Source of the DNA: Prevotella sp.
GTDB taxonomy: Bacteria; Bacteroidota; Bacteroidia; Bacteroidales; Bacteroidaceae
DNA length: 64,000 nt
Direction of reading: 5' to 3'
Assembly (NCBI GenBank): GCA_016281815.1
Contig: JAEEJK010000086.1
Location: 27,369-91,368 of the forward strand
The position numbers and the translations under genes are program-made. The notes beneath the pieces are model-generated. The model was not told the DNA's origin. It was given only the letters and a program-made list of their open reading frames with translations, and ran no database searches. Below, piece by piece: positions 46,647-55,892 of this stretch (the first letter of the stretch is position 1; each line of letters begins with the position of its first letter).

Positions 46647-48731
46647 ATGAGAAAGGCAACATATACATTGATAACGGCGGCGGTGCTGATGATGGGTGTT
46701 CCGTGCATGGCGCAACAGCGGGGCGGCATCACCGACACCCACGGGAGTCTGCATGCCGTGATGAATGCCGTGCCCCTGAATGCGGTGACATGGAACCAGG
46801 GTTTCTGGGGTGAGCGCTTCGAGGTGTTCAGCAAGACGTCGCTGCAGAGCATGTGGGCCACCTGGCAGACCGATGAGGGCAAGGGATTCAACAACTTCCT
46901 CATCGCGTCGGGAGAGAAACGAGGCGTGCACCACGGACCGCCCTTCCACGATGGCGATATGTACAAATGGCTGGAGGCGGTAGCCGCCATCTATGCCGTC
47001 AACCACGACCCCGAACTCGACCGCATCATGGACCGTTTCATCGGATGCGTGGTGAAGTCGCAGCGTGCCGACGGCTACATCCACACCCCCGTCATCATCG
47101 CCGAACTCAACAAGCGGTTGGCTGAACAAGAAAAGGGAGACAACGACAACACCGTGGTGGGCACCGCGGTAGGTACGAAGGATGATGCCGCTTTTGGCAA
47201 CCGACTCAACTTCGAGACCTACAACCTCGGTCATCTCATCACCGCCGGCATCATCCACAAGCGCGCCACCGGCAAGACCACGCTCTTCGCCGCCGCCGTC
47301 AAGGCCGCCGATTTCCTGTACAACTTCTGCAAGAACGCCCCCGAGGAACTCGCCGGCAACGCCATCTGTCCCTCCCACTATATGGCCATCGCCGAACTCT
47401 ACCGCGAGACCGGCGACCCCAAATACCTGGAACTGTCGAAACAGTTCATTGACATCCGTGGGATGGTGAAGAACGGCACCGACGACAACCAGGACCGCAT
47501 CCCCTTCCGTGAGCAGTACAACGCCATGGGCCATGCGGTGAGGGCCAACTATCTGTATGCCGGAGTCACCGACCTCTTCATCGAGGACGGCGAGGAACAA
47601 CTCATGCGCAACCTCACCTCGATCTGGGATGACATCGTCACCCGCAAGATGTATATCACGGGAGCCTGCGGAGCCCTGTATGACGGCACCTCGCCCGACG
47701 GCACCGACTACAAACCCGACAACATCCAAAAGGTGCACCAGAGTTACGGCCGTCCCTACCAGTTGCCGCAGTCGACCGCCCACAACGAGACCTGTGCCAA
47801 CATCGGCAACATGCTGTTCAACTGGCGCATGCTGCTCGCCACCGGCAACGGCAAGTATGCCGACATCATGGAGAACTGCTACTACAACAGCATCCTCAGC
47901 GGCATCTCCCTCGACGGTGAGTGCTATTTCTACACCAACCCCCTGCGCCTCAGCGATGAGTTGCCCTACACCCTGCGCTGGCCCAAGGAGCGCAAGAAAT
48001 ACATCAGTTGCTTCTGCTGTCCACCCAACACGCTGCGCACGCTGTGTGAGGTGCAGGACTATGCCTATGCCGTGGGCAAGAATGAGATCTCCGTCAACCT
48101 CTACGGAGCCAACACTCTCACCACGGCCGTGGACGGTGTGGGCGCCATCACTCTCACTCAGGAGACCGACTATCCCTGGGACGGCAAGGTGACCCTGCGC
48201 ATCAGCCAACTGAAAGGCAAGAAAGCCATCACGTTCCGCCTGCGCCATCCTGAATGGAGCAGAACCATGCAGGTGAGCGCCAGCAATGGTGTGACAGCAA
48301 CCGAGGACAACGGATATCTCATCCTCTCAGGCACCTGGCGGAAAGGCGATGCCATCACCATCGACATGCCGATGGAAACCCACATCGTGGAAGCCAACCC
48401 CCTCGTTGAGGAAGCCCGCGGACAGGTGGCCGTCCTGCGCGGACCGATTGTCTACTGCGCCGAGAGTCAGGACCTCGGAGGAGCCGACATCGATGACATC
48501 GTCATCCCCACCGATGCCCGTTTCACCCCAGTGGAGACACGCATCGCCGGCAGCCGCATCATGGCCCTCGAAGGTGAGGTGCTCGTACGCAGCGAAGCCT
48601 CATGGAAAGGCACGCTCTACCGCGATGCCTCGGCAAAGAAACAGAAGAAAACCATCTGTCTGATACCCTACTATGCGTGGGGCAACCGTGGAAAAAGTGA
48701 AATGACCGTATGGATGCCCGCAGGATACTGA
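46647..48731 (+). CDS. GH127 glycoside hydrolase (aceric acid hydrolase / beta-L-arabinofuranosidase family); ORF track start 46611
   Basis: Signal peptide; PFHDGDMYKWLEA, ETYNLGHLITA, GHAVRANYLYAG, HNETCANIG, YNSILSG..YFYTNPL, CFCCPPN, LIPYYAWGNRG. Confidence 0.9.
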   Translation: MRKATYTLITAAVLMMGVPCMAQQRGGITDTHGSLHAVMNAVPLNAVTWNQGFWGERFEVFSKTSLQSMWATWQTDEGKGFNNFLIASGEKRGVHHGPPFHDGDMYKWLEAVAAIYAVNHDPELDRIMDRFIGCVVKSQRADGYIHTPVIIAELNKRLAEQEKGDNDNTVVGTAVGTKDDAAFGNRLNFETYNLGHLITAGIIHKRATGKTTLFAAAVKAADFLYNFCKNAPEELAGNAICPSHYMAIAELYRETGDPKYLELSKQFIDIRGMVKNGTDDNQDRIPFREQYNAMGHAVRANYLYAGVTDLFIEDGEEQLMRNLTSIWDDIVTRKMYITGACGALYDGTSPDGTDYKPDNIQKVHQSYGRPYQLPQSTAHNETCANIGNMLFNWRMLLATGNGKYADIMENCYYNSILSGISLDGECYFYTNPLRLSDELPYTLRWPKERKKYISCFCCPPNTLRTLCEVQDYAYAVGKNEISVNLYGANTLTTAVDGVGAITLTQETDYPWDGKVTLRISQLKGKKAITFRLRHPEWSRTMQVSASNGVTATEDNGYLILSGTWRKGDAITIDMPMETHIVEANPLVEEARGQVAVLRGPIVYCAESQDLGGADIDDIVIPTDARFTPVETRIAGSRIMALEGEVLVRSEASWKGTLYRDASAKKQKKTICLIPYYAWGNRGKSEMTVWMPAGY

Positions 48732-50470
48732 CCCTCGCCATGCTGCTGCTTTCTACGGCAGTTCACGCCTCAGACCCACTGGTCATTGAGGTGCAACCCG
48801 GCGAATACACCATTGAGCAGGCATTGCAGCAAGCGCGCCTGGCCCGTCTGCACCATGAGGGCGACAACCCCACCCTGCGGTTGCACGCCGGCACCTACCG
48901 TCTGTCGCAGCCTGTCATCCTGCGCCCCGAAGACAACCATACCCGCATCATCGCCGAGGAGGGCACCATCCTGAGCGGTGGCGTGCAGATCAAAGGCTGG
49001 CGGAAGCAAGGCAAGTGGTGGGTGGCAGACGTGCCCCAGTGGAACGGCCGTCCGCTGGAGTTCCGCCAGATGTGGGTGAATGGCCAGAAAGCCATCCGCG
49101 CCCGCGATGTAGAGGACTTCGAAAAGATGTGGCGCATCAAGTCTGTGGACAAGAAAAACGAGGTGATCTATGTGCCCGCCGCTGCCGTAAGGAAAGTGCT
49201 CCATGCCCGGCAAGTGGAGATGGTGCTCCATGAGATGTGGTGCATCGCCAACCTCCGTATCAAGGACATCCGGGTGGCGGGTGAAAGTGCCGCCATCACT
49301 TTCCACCAGCCAGAGAGCCACGTACACTTCATGCACCCCTGGCCCTCGCCCATGGTGACCACCGACGGCCACAACTCCGCCTTTTATCTCACCAATGCCA
49401 AAGAACTGCTCGACACCCCCGGAGAATGGTTTCTTGACACCAAGGAAGAACGTTTGTACTACATGCCCCGTAAGGGAGAGGACATGCGCACCGCCGAGGT
49501 GGAGGTGCCCGCGCTGGAGACCCTGCTCAAGGTGGAAGGCACCCCCGACCGACCCGTCACCGACGTGACCCTCACCGGCATCACCTTCCGCCATGCCACC
49601 TGGCTGCGGCCCAGTCTGCAAGGCCATGCGCCGCTGCAGGCAGGCATGTATATGACAGAAGCCTACAAGATACGTCCCCAAATCAGTCGGCCCAACGGCG
49701 ACCACAAACTCGACAACCAAGGATGGGTGGGACGTCCCGCCGCAGCCGTCACTGTCAACGGAGCCACCGATGTGGTGTTCGACCGCTGCAGGTTTGAGCA
49801 CTGCGCCTCCACCGGCCTCGACTACCACACCTTCACCCAAGGAGGGAAAATCAGCCGCTGCACTTTTGAGGACATCGGCGGCACCGCCATCCTGGCAGGC
49901 ACCTTCGGTTCGGAAGCCCAGGAGGCCCACCTGCCCTACCGGGTGTCCGACATGCGGGAGATCTGCACCGGACTGACCATTGCCGACAACCGCATCCACG
50001 ATGCGACCAACGAAGACTGGGGCTGCATCGGCATCGCTGCCGGCTTCGTGCGCGGCATCACCATCGAGCACAATGAGATCTCCGACGTCTCCTACACCGG
50101 CATCAGCATGGGCTGGGGCTGGAACCAGCAGACCTGTGTGATGGCCGACAACACCATCCGCGGCAATCTCATCCACCACTATGCCCGCCACATGTATGAC
50201 ACCGCCGGCATCTATACGCTCGGGGCACAGCCCCACTCCCTCATCGAGGCGAATGTGGTGAGCGACATCTACACCCCCGGCTACGTGCACGACCCCGAGC
50301 ACTGGTTCTACCTCTACACCGACGAAGGATCATCGTATATCACCGTCAGGAACAACTGGACGCCCACGGAGAAATATCTCAAAAACTCCAATGGTCCGGG
50401 CAACACCTGGGAGAACAACGGTCCGATGGTGGCCGACAGCATCAAGACGAAGGCCGGCATCAGGCCATAG
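48710..50470 (+). CDS. GH141 right-handed beta-helix alpha-L-fucosidase-like enzyme
   Basis: LHAGTYRLSQPVILRPED, FRQMWVNG, LLDTPGEWF, beta-helix repeats, GISMGWGW, DTAGIYTLGAQP, YLYTDEGSS. Confidence 0.8.
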   Translation: MDARRILTLAMLLLSTAVHASDPLVIEVQPGEYTIEQALQQARLARLHHEGDNPTLRLHAGTYRLSQPVILRPEDNHTRIIAEEGTILSGGVQIKGWRKQGKWWVADVPQWNGRPLEFRQMWVNGQKAIRARDVEDFEKMWRIKSVDKKNEVIYVPAAAVRKVLHARQVEMVLHEMWCIANLRIKDIRVAGESAAITFHQPESHVHFMHPWPSPMVTTDGHNSAFYLTNAKELLDTPGEWFLDTKEERLYYMPRKGEDMRTAEVEVPALETLLKVEGTPDRPVTDVTLTGITFRHATWLRPSLQGHAPLQAGMYMTEAYKIRPQISRPNGDHKLDNQGWVGRPAAAVTVNGATDVVFDRCRFEHCASTGLDYHTFTQGGKISRCTFEDIGGTAILAGTFGSEAQEAHLPYRVSDMREICTGLTIADNRIHDATNEDWGCIGIAAGFVRGITIEHNEISDVSYTGISMGWGWNQQTCVMADNTIRGNLIHHYARHMYDTAGIYTLGAQPHSLIEANVVSDIYTPGYVHDPEHWFYLYTDEGSSYITVRNNWTPTEKYLKNSNGPGNTWENNGPMVADSIKTKAGIRP

Positions 50471-50487
50471 GATTAAAATATAGCATT

Positions 50488-51420
50488 ATGATCAACCAAC
50501 ACCCACTGAGCGGCATCATCCCGCCGCTGGTCACCCCACTGAAAGACAATGAGACCCTCGACACGGAGAGTCTTGAGAACCTGATAGAGCACCTCATCGA
50601 AGGCGGTGTGCACGGTCTGTTCATCCTCGGCACCACCGGTGAGGAACAGAGCCTCAGTTACAAGTTGCGCAAGGAGATGATACAGCAGGCCGCCCGCATC
50701 AACAACGGCAGGCTGCCCCTGCTGGTGTGTGTCACCGACACCTCCATCGTGGAAAGCATCCGCCTCGCCCGCGTCGCCGCCGAGTCAGGTGCCGACGGCG
50801 TGGTGTCCGCCCCACCCTATTACTTCGCACCCGGTCAACCCGAACTGGCACAGTTTTATGAGGAACTCGTTCCGCAGTTGCCCTTGCCCGTGTTCCTCTA
50901 CAACATGCCCTCGCATGTGAAGGTGAGTTTCGCCCCCGACACTGTCCGCCGCATCGCACAGAATCCGCAGGTGGTGGGATTCAAGGACTCCTCCGCCAAT
51001 GCCGTCTACTTCCAGTCGGTGCTCTACAAGATGCGCGAGCGGCCCGACTTCGCCATGCTGGTGGGTCCGGAGGAGATCACCGGAGAGTGTGTGCTCCTGG
51101 GAGCCCATGGCGGCATCAACGGCGGTGCCAATATGTTTCCCGAACTGTATGTGGCCATGTATGACGCAGCCAAGGCCGGCCATCTGCAGCGCATCATCCA
51201 ACTGCAGCAACTCATCATGCAAATCTCCACCACCATCTACACGGTGGGCAAGCACGGGTCGAGTTACCTCAAGGGTCTGAAGTGCGCCCTCTCGCTGCTC
51301 GGCATCATCAAGGACGACTTCGTGGCCTCACCTTTCTACAAGTTTGACCCACCCGAGCGCGACAAGATCAGCAAGGCACTTGCCGCACTTCCCATTGAGA
51401 ACGGAAAACTGAAGATATGA
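50488..51420 (+). CDS. DHDPS/NanA family class I aldolase
   Basis: GIIPPLVTP, GTTGE, APPYY, LYNMP, Schiff-base lysine in GFKDSS. Confidence 0.88.
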   Translation: MINQHPLSGIIPPLVTPLKDNETLDTESLENLIEHLIEGGVHGLFILGTTGEEQSLSYKLRKEMIQQAARINNGRLPLLVCVTDTSIVESIRLARVAAESGADGVVSAPPYYFAPGQPELAQFYEELVPQLPLPVFLYNMPSHVKVSFAPDTVRRIAQNPQVVGFKDSSANAVYFQSVLYKMRERPDFAMLVGPEEITGECVLLGAHGGINGGANMFPELYVAMYDAAKAGHLQRIIQLQQLIMQISTTIYTVGKHGSSYLKGLKCALSLLGIIKDDFVASPFYKFDPPERDKISKALAALPIENGKLKI

Positions 51421-52892
51421 ACACCATCGACCTCATCATCTTCCTCGTCTTCACCCTGGGAGTGGTCGTTTTTGGCTGTTCGTTCTACAAGAAGGACAAC
51501 ACCTCAGCCGACTTCACCCAGGCCGGCCGCTCATTGCCCGGATGGGTGGTGGGCATGAGCATCTTTGCCACCTACGTGTCGAGCATCAGTTACATCGGTT
51601 ATCCCGGCAAGGCCTTCGCCTCCAACTGGAATGCCTTTGTCTTCTCGCTCTCCATCCCCATCGCCAGTTATTTCGCCGCCCGTTACTTCGTGCCCTTCTA
51701 CCGGAAAGGAGGCAGCGTGTCGGCATACACTTTTTTGGAAGACAGGTTTGGCCGCTGGGCACGTCTCTACGCCTCCGCCTGCTACCTGCTCACGCAGATA
51801 GCCCGCATGGGCAGCATCCTCTACCTGCTCGCCGTGCCGATGCACATCCTCATGGGATGGAACCTGCACATGGTGATCATCGCCACGTCGGTAGCCATCA
51901 TCATCTACTCGATGCTCGGCGGACTGAAGGCGGTAATCTGGGCCGACGCCATCCAGGGCATCATCCTCATCGGCGGCGCGCTGCTGTGCCTCGCCATCCT
52001 CTGTTTCTCCATGCCCGAGGGGCCCGGTCAGGTGTTCGACCTCGCCATCCACTCCCCCGAGGGCAACAAGTTCTCACTCGGAGCATTCACCTCCGACCTC
52101 ACCACCTCCACCTTCTGGGTGTGCCTCATCTACGGCATCTTCATCAACCTGCAGAACTACGGCATCGACCAGAACTACGTGCAGCGCTACCATGCAGCGA
52201 AAACCGACCGCGACGCCCGGTTCTCCGCCCTTTTTGGCGGTTACCTGTTCATCCCCGTCTCCGCCCTCTTCTTCCTCATCGGATCGGCGCTCTACAGTTA
52301 CTACACCGCCCATCCGGGGCTGCTGCCCGATGACATCGCCGCCAAGCCCGACTACGTATTCCCGTTCTTCATCGTGCACGGTCTGCCAATGGGTCTGCGC
52401 GGTCTGCTCATCGCCTCCATCTTCGCCGCCGGCATGAGTACGGTGTCCACCAGTGTCACCTCAGCAGCCACCATCATCCTCACCGACTACTACAAGCCCC
52501 TCGCCAAGCACTCCACCGAGCGCCGCGACGTGATGGTGCTGCGCCTGTCGAGTTGCATCGTAGGCATCATCGGCATTGTGGTGGCCATCGCCATGCTCAG
52601 TGTGGAGAGCATCATCGATGCCTGGTGGAAACTCTCGTCCATCTTCTCTGGCGGCATGCTGGGACTGTTCCTTTTAGGCATCCTGCCCCGGCGCATAGGC
52701 CAGTGGGCAGCCCTTATCGGCTGTGTGGCCGGCATCGCCGTCATCGCGTGGATCTCCCTCGCCGGCATCTACGACCTCCCCGGCATTCACCTGCATGAGT
52801 ATCTTGCCATCGTGCTCGGCACCACCACTATCTTCGTCGTGGGGTTCCTGATGGCATTGTTGGTGCACAAGAACAGGAGTTTGGGAGTGTAG
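51417..52892 (+). CDS. Sodium:solute symporter (SSS, SiaT-like)
   Basis: About 13 TM helices; AGRSLPGWVVGMSIFAT..SSISY, GGLKAVIWADAIQ, DQNYVQRY, IFAAGMSTVS. Confidence 0.9.
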   Translation: MNTIDLIIFLVFTLGVVVFGCSFYKKDNTSADFTQAGRSLPGWVVGMSIFATYVSSISYIGYPGKAFASNWNAFVFSLSIPIASYFAARYFVPFYRKGGSVSAYTFLEDRFGRWARLYASACYLLTQIARMGSILYLLAVPMHILMGWNLHMVIIATSVAIIIYSMLGGLKAVIWADAIQGIILIGGALLCLAILCFSMPEGPGQVFDLAIHSPEGNKFSLGAFTSDLTTSTFWVCLIYGIFINLQNYGIDQNYVQRYHAAKTDRDARFSALFGGYLFIPVSALFFLIGSALYSYYTAHPGLLPDDIAAKPDYVFPFFIVHGLPMGLRGLLIASIFAAGMSTVSTSVTSAATIILTDYYKPLAKHSTERRDVMVLRLSSCIVGIIGIVVAIAMLSVESIIDAWWKLSSIFSGGMLGLFLLGILPRRIGQWAALIGCVAGIAVIAWISLAGIYDLPGIHLHEYLAIVLGTTTIFVVGFLMALLVHKNRSLGV

Positions 52893-52963
52893 GAGTTTGG
52901 GATCACCAGAAGTAGATGTAATCATAATTCTTAATCCTTAATCCATCATTCTTAATCCTTAAT

Positions 52964-54982
52964 ATGGCCACATGGATATGGTATCCCGGCGACTTTGAGA
53001 TTTGGCTGGGCAATAAGTTCAACAACCGGCGCACGGAGCGGGGCGCCATGTTTCCACCATTCTGGAAACAGGACTCTCACTGGCCTACGGTGGAGTTTAC
53101 CAAGACCGTCGACCTCGATGAGGATGAGACCATCACCGTCGTGGCGGAAGGGAAATTCAACTTCTCCATCGACGGCAAACTGCAATATCCCCACACGCAG
53201 CAGCATATCCCCAAGGGAGTGCACCAACTGAGTGTCAAGGTATGGAACCAAGCCACTCCGCCCGCCCTGTTGATCGAAGGGAAGACCATCAGCACCGACT
53301 CCTCCTGGCAGGTCACCTATGAAGACAAGATATGGATTGATGAGAACGGTGTCGCGCACGGTTCTGGCATCTACGTGCCAGCCGGTTCGTGGCATTTCAA
53401 CCGCCAAGACACGCCTCCCTCCCATTATCAGTTGGAGCGCAGGGAGATGTGTCCTGTCGGCTGTGAGAAGATAAAAGACGGAGGCCTGCTCTATGATTTC
53501 GGGCGCGAGACTTTTGGGTATCTGAAGATCAGGGGACTGAGCGGAACCGTTGGCATCTATTACGGAGAAAGCCGCGAGGAAGCCCTTGACAAGGAGCACT
53601 GTGAGACCCTCGACATGCTGAGCGACAAGGACCAGGAGCGGTTGACTGATGAAGGCACTCGCACCTATACACTGGACAGCAAGGCATTCCGTTTTGTGTA
53701 TATCGAAACCCTTCAGGGAGGCTATGACGGTGTCGCCATGGATGCAGAATATGCCCCGTTTGACGAGCAACGCAGCGGTACGTTCCGCTGCTCCGATGAG
53801 GAACTGAACCGCATCTGGGAGGTCGCCGCCTACACCATGGACCTCACCACCCGCGAGTTCTTTGTCGACGGCATCAAGCGCGACCGTTGGACCTGGAGCG
53901 GCGATGCCATCCAAAGTTATCTGATGAACTACTACCTGCGCTTTGACTGCGAATGTGTGAAGCGCACCATCCGTCAGTTGTGCGGCAAAGACCCCGTGAC
54001 AGCGCATGTCAACACCATCATGGACTACACGTTCTATTGGTTCAAGTCCATCCTCGACTACTACCTCTACACCGGTGACCTCACCTTTGTGCGAGAGATG
54101 TGGCCCCGGATGGTGACCCTCATGGAATACGTACTGAACCGCACCAATGCCGACGGCATGGCAGAGGGACAGTCCGACGACTGGATCTTTGTCGACTGGG
54201 TGGACTTCCCGATGCACAAGCGCGGCACGCTCTGCTTCGAGCAGTTGCTCTTCTGCAAAGCCCTGGAGACGATGCACACCTGCGCCACGCTGTTGGGCAT
54301 CGACAGCCGATACGGTGCCCTTGCCGCCGACCTGTTGTCGAAAGTAAAAACGACTTTCTGGAATGAGGAGCGCCACGCCTTCCTCCACGCCATCGAGGAC
54401 GGGGAGATGAATGACATGGTGACGAAATTCCCCAACATGTTCGCCATCATCTACGGCTATGCCACCCCAGAGGAGCAACAGGCCATCCTGCGCCATGTGC
54501 TGCTCAACGAGCAGGTGGAAGCCATCACCACCCCCTATATGCGTTTTTATGAACTGGAAGCGCTCTGCGCAATGGGCATGCAAGCGACAGTTTTGCCAGA
54601 GATGAAAGCCTACTGGGGCGGTATGCTGCGCGAGGGAGCCACAACTTTTTGGGAGAAATACATCCCGTCGGAACACGGCACGCAGCATCTCGCGATGTAT
54701 GGCCGTCCCTACGGCAAGAGTCTCTGCCACGCCTGGGGAGCCAGTCCGATATACATCCTCGGCAAGTATTTCCTCGGTGTGCGCCCCACCAAACCCGGCT
54801 ATGATGAGTATGAGGTGCGCCCCTGTCTCGGTGGACTGGAGTGGATGGAAGGCTGTGTCCCCACTCCCTTCGGCAAAATAGAGGTCTCCGTCCGACCCGA
54901 TGGCGTGACCGTCCGCAGCGACGGTGGCCGCGGCACCCTCATCCTCGGCGACCGATGTATTCCTATTAGAGGTGAGGGGTGA
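52964..54982 (+). CDS. GH78 alpha-L-rhamnosidase (no signal peptide)
   Basis: LLYDFGRETFGYL, LNRIWEVAAYT, DGIKRDRWTWSGD, FVDW, ATTFWE, SLCHAWGASP. Confidence 0.88.
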   Translation: MATWIWYPGDFEIWLGNKFNNRRTERGAMFPPFWKQDSHWPTVEFTKTVDLDEDETITVVAEGKFNFSIDGKLQYPHTQQHIPKGVHQLSVKVWNQATPPALLIEGKTISTDSSWQVTYEDKIWIDENGVAHGSGIYVPAGSWHFNRQDTPPSHYQLERREMCPVGCEKIKDGGLLYDFGRETFGYLKIRGLSGTVGIYYGESREEALDKEHCETLDMLSDKDQERLTDEGTRTYTLDSKAFRFVYIETLQGGYDGVAMDAEYAPFDEQRSGTFRCSDEELNRIWEVAAYTMDLTTREFFVDGIKRDRWTWSGDAIQSYLMNYYLRFDCECVKRTIRQLCGKDPVTAHVNTIMDYTFYWFKSILDYYLYTGDLTFVREMWPRMVTLMEYVLNRTNADGMAEGQSDDWIFVDWVDFPMHKRGTLCFEQLLFCKALETMHTCATLLGIDSRYGALAADLLSKVKTTFWNEERHAFLHAIEDGEMNDMVTKFPNMFAIIYGYATPEEQQAILRHVLLNEQVEAITTPYMRFYELEALCAMGMQATVLPEMKAYWGGMLREGATTFWEKYIPSEHGTQHLAMYGRPYGKSLCHAWGASPIYILGKYFLGVRPTKPGYDEYEVRPCLGGLEWMEGCVPTPFGKIEVSVRPDGVTVRSDGGRGTLILGDRCIPIRGEG

Positions 54983-55076
54983 GAGGTAAGGAGTTTTTTA
55001 GAGGAGAGAAGTAAGAGGTGAGAGAATACTCTTGCGAATATTGCTGATATCAAGTGTTTGGGCGATTGGAGATGAT

Positions 55077-55112
55077 TCTATAGATCTTCTAGATTTTCTA
55101 GTTCCTCTAGAT
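55077..55112 (-). repeat. Degenerate nonamer repeats (reverse complement of ATCTAGAA[A/G])
   Basis: 55081-55101 is a perfect 21-bp reverse complement of 58579-58599. Confidence 0.7.
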
Positions 55113-55120
55113 ACCCAGGT

Positions 55121-55157
55121 ACAAAAAAAAATCCCCCTAAAAAGGGGAAATTTTTGT
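55121..55157. terminator. Possible bidirectional terminator between the convergent GH78 and PepSY-like genes
   Basis: A-tract, TCCCC-loop-GGGGA stem, T-tract. Confidence 0.45.
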
Positions 55158-55176
55158 TGATGATGGGAAGGTAGAA

Positions 55177-55536
55177 TCAATCATCGAAAAAGTCATCGTC
55201 ATCATCGTCGTCGTATTGAATTCTCACACGGGCATTCCCTTTGTGGAACTTGGCTTTAGCACGGTAGTAATCACCGTCGCGGTCGATTTCATAGCAGTTG
55301 CCACGAGCGTCGAACTTGAGTTCGATTCCATTCCCGAGTTTCACCTCGTATTTTCTACGGCCATAGTCATAGTCAACCTCGGCATAGACGATGTGTTGTC
55401 CTTTGAAATGGTTCTTAATGTAGACTTTTGCTGCACTGGGCAACTGATTGGGAGAAATGATATGGTCATCTGCGAAACATGCGGTGGAGACCATCAAGCA
55501 CATAAGTGCTGCCAGGAAAAATTTTGCTGCTTTCAT
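55177..55536 (-). CDS. PepSY-like (beta-lactamase-inhibitor-like) periplasmic protein with an acidic tail
   Basis: Signal peptide; DDHIISPNQLPSAAKVYIKNHF...YEVKLGNGIELKFDARGN. The only convincing minus-strand gene in the window. Confidence 0.8.
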   Translation of the reverse strand: MKAAKFFLAALMCLMVSTACFADDHIISPNQLPSAAKVYIKNHFKGQHIVYAEVDYDYGRRKYEVKLGNGIELKFDARGNCYEIDRDGDYYRAKAKFHKGNARVRIQYDDDDDDDFFDD

Positions 55537-55764
55537 AATCGTTATTTTTTTAGTTTGTAATTATTGTTGCTTTGTTGTTTCTGATGCAAAGATAGGGATG
55601 AAATCACCTCTGGAAAACTTTTTTCACGATTTCATGCAGAAGTAGATGAGGCACGAGGACAAATTTGCGACAAAACGGTCAAGGGGGTATAAAAGATGTC
55701 GCATGAGAGGGAAAAAGTATTCAACTATTTTGGGGATATGCCATCAGATTTGATATTTTTTTAG

Positions 55765-55772
55765 TAAGTTTG
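55765..55772 (+). promoter_or_regulatory. -7 promoter box TAAGTTTG upstream of GH138
   Basis: Matches TAnnTTTG(C). Confidence 0.6.
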
Positions 55773-55892
55773 CAAACAAAAGGTGCGAAATGAGCATCTG
55801 AGAACATCTGCCAACGGCCAAAAGCCAACGGCCAAAAGCCTAATAAACGGACTACTACAATGAGTATGAAAAGCAAATCTAATGACTACCTG

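Noticed and set aside
50488-51420. Housekeeping dapA
   Set aside because: The context inside a glycan-degradation cluster next to a sugar-acid symporter argues for a catabolic aldolase, so no gene symbol was assigned.
6167-55892. ORF-track start codons at 6167, 10836, 18835, 22440, 24388, 43701, 46611 and 55860
   Set aside because: They overlap promoters, upstream genes or repeats. Downstream ATGs give proper signal peptides or N-termini and were used instead.
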